DNA from: Haliotis rubra
Taxonomy: Eukaryota
DNA: 64,000 bases
Reading direction: 5' to 3'
NCBI RefSeq assembly: GCF_003918875.1
Contig: NW_025767346.1
Coordinates: 2,728,001-2,792,000 of the forward strand
Shown here: piece after piece, positions 63,572 through 64,000 of the stretch
How positions within the stretch are numbered: position 1 is the stretch's first letter
Layout of the letters: the number at the start of each line of letters is the position of its first letter
Position numbers and translations under genes: made by a program
Notes under the pieces: generated by a model
The model's input: only the letters and a program-made list of their open reading frames with translations
What the model was told of the DNA's origin: nothing
The model's database searches: none

Positions 63572-63727
63572 TGTGTGTTAAGCCTAATGGTTAAAGCATT
63601 CTCCAGTCACGCCGAAGACCCGGGTTTCATTGCACATATGGGTATTGTGTGAAGCTCATTTCTGTTGTCTCGCCGTGATATTGCTGGAACATTGCTAAAA
63701 GCGGCGTAAAACGAAAACTCACTCATC
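63572..63727 (+). mobile_element. tRNA-derived SINE (family 2)
   Basis: A-box remnant and family tail. Confidence 0.75.
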
Positions 63728-64000
63728 ACAATTCAAATAGACAATAAAAGCATTAACATGAGGTCAGAAGATTTTCTTTTATTCATCTCATATACATTTC
63801 CTTACACAGTTTTAATAAGGCTCTGCACAGATCTTTAAATATAAATACATTATGCTCACACAAGGCAGGAATAGGACCGAATGCTATCTTAATCTCATCT
63901 CCAGAACAAAGGGTCTTTGTTTCAACAGTAACACAGGCAAAATTCAGTTTTTCTTTTTTTCAAGACCCAGACATGGTTTTTGTTCTTGTCATGATTCGTT

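Overview
AT-rich, intron- and repeat-dense animal genomic DNA. The (TCAC)n-tailed SINEs look molluscan, possibly abalone, but that is recall and was not verified. The ORF track misses the main content because it is split into small exons. It is a + strand tandem family of type-I membrane receptor genes built as signal peptide, V-like Ig domain, second Ig domain, Pro/Ser/Thr stalk, a TM helix containing an Asp, and a tail with four tyrosine motifs including YxxL-x10-YxxI. Four reconstructable copies each have a different architecture. Gene 1 (15336-21150) has no Ig exons and an intact 134-aa adaptor-like ORF. Gene A (35869-40863) has two Ig domains but a frameshifted tail. Gene B (44409-50628) has a stop codon in Ig2. 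Gene C (55903-63196) has Ig2 destroyed by a Tc1 element that supplies an in-frame splice donor. Two further decayed remnants sit in a segmental duplication (1-4340 / 28176-33900). The window also holds a 7.25-kb internally deleted Polinton/Maverick (adintovirus-like) element with one intact membrane-protein ORF, two Tc1 elements, several MITEs, SINEs, LINE and Penelope fragments, a solo LTR, minisatellites, a small secreted-peptide gene on the minus strand and an assembly gap. All gene models were spliced by hand from GT-AG sites and paralogue alignment; no transcript evidence is available.
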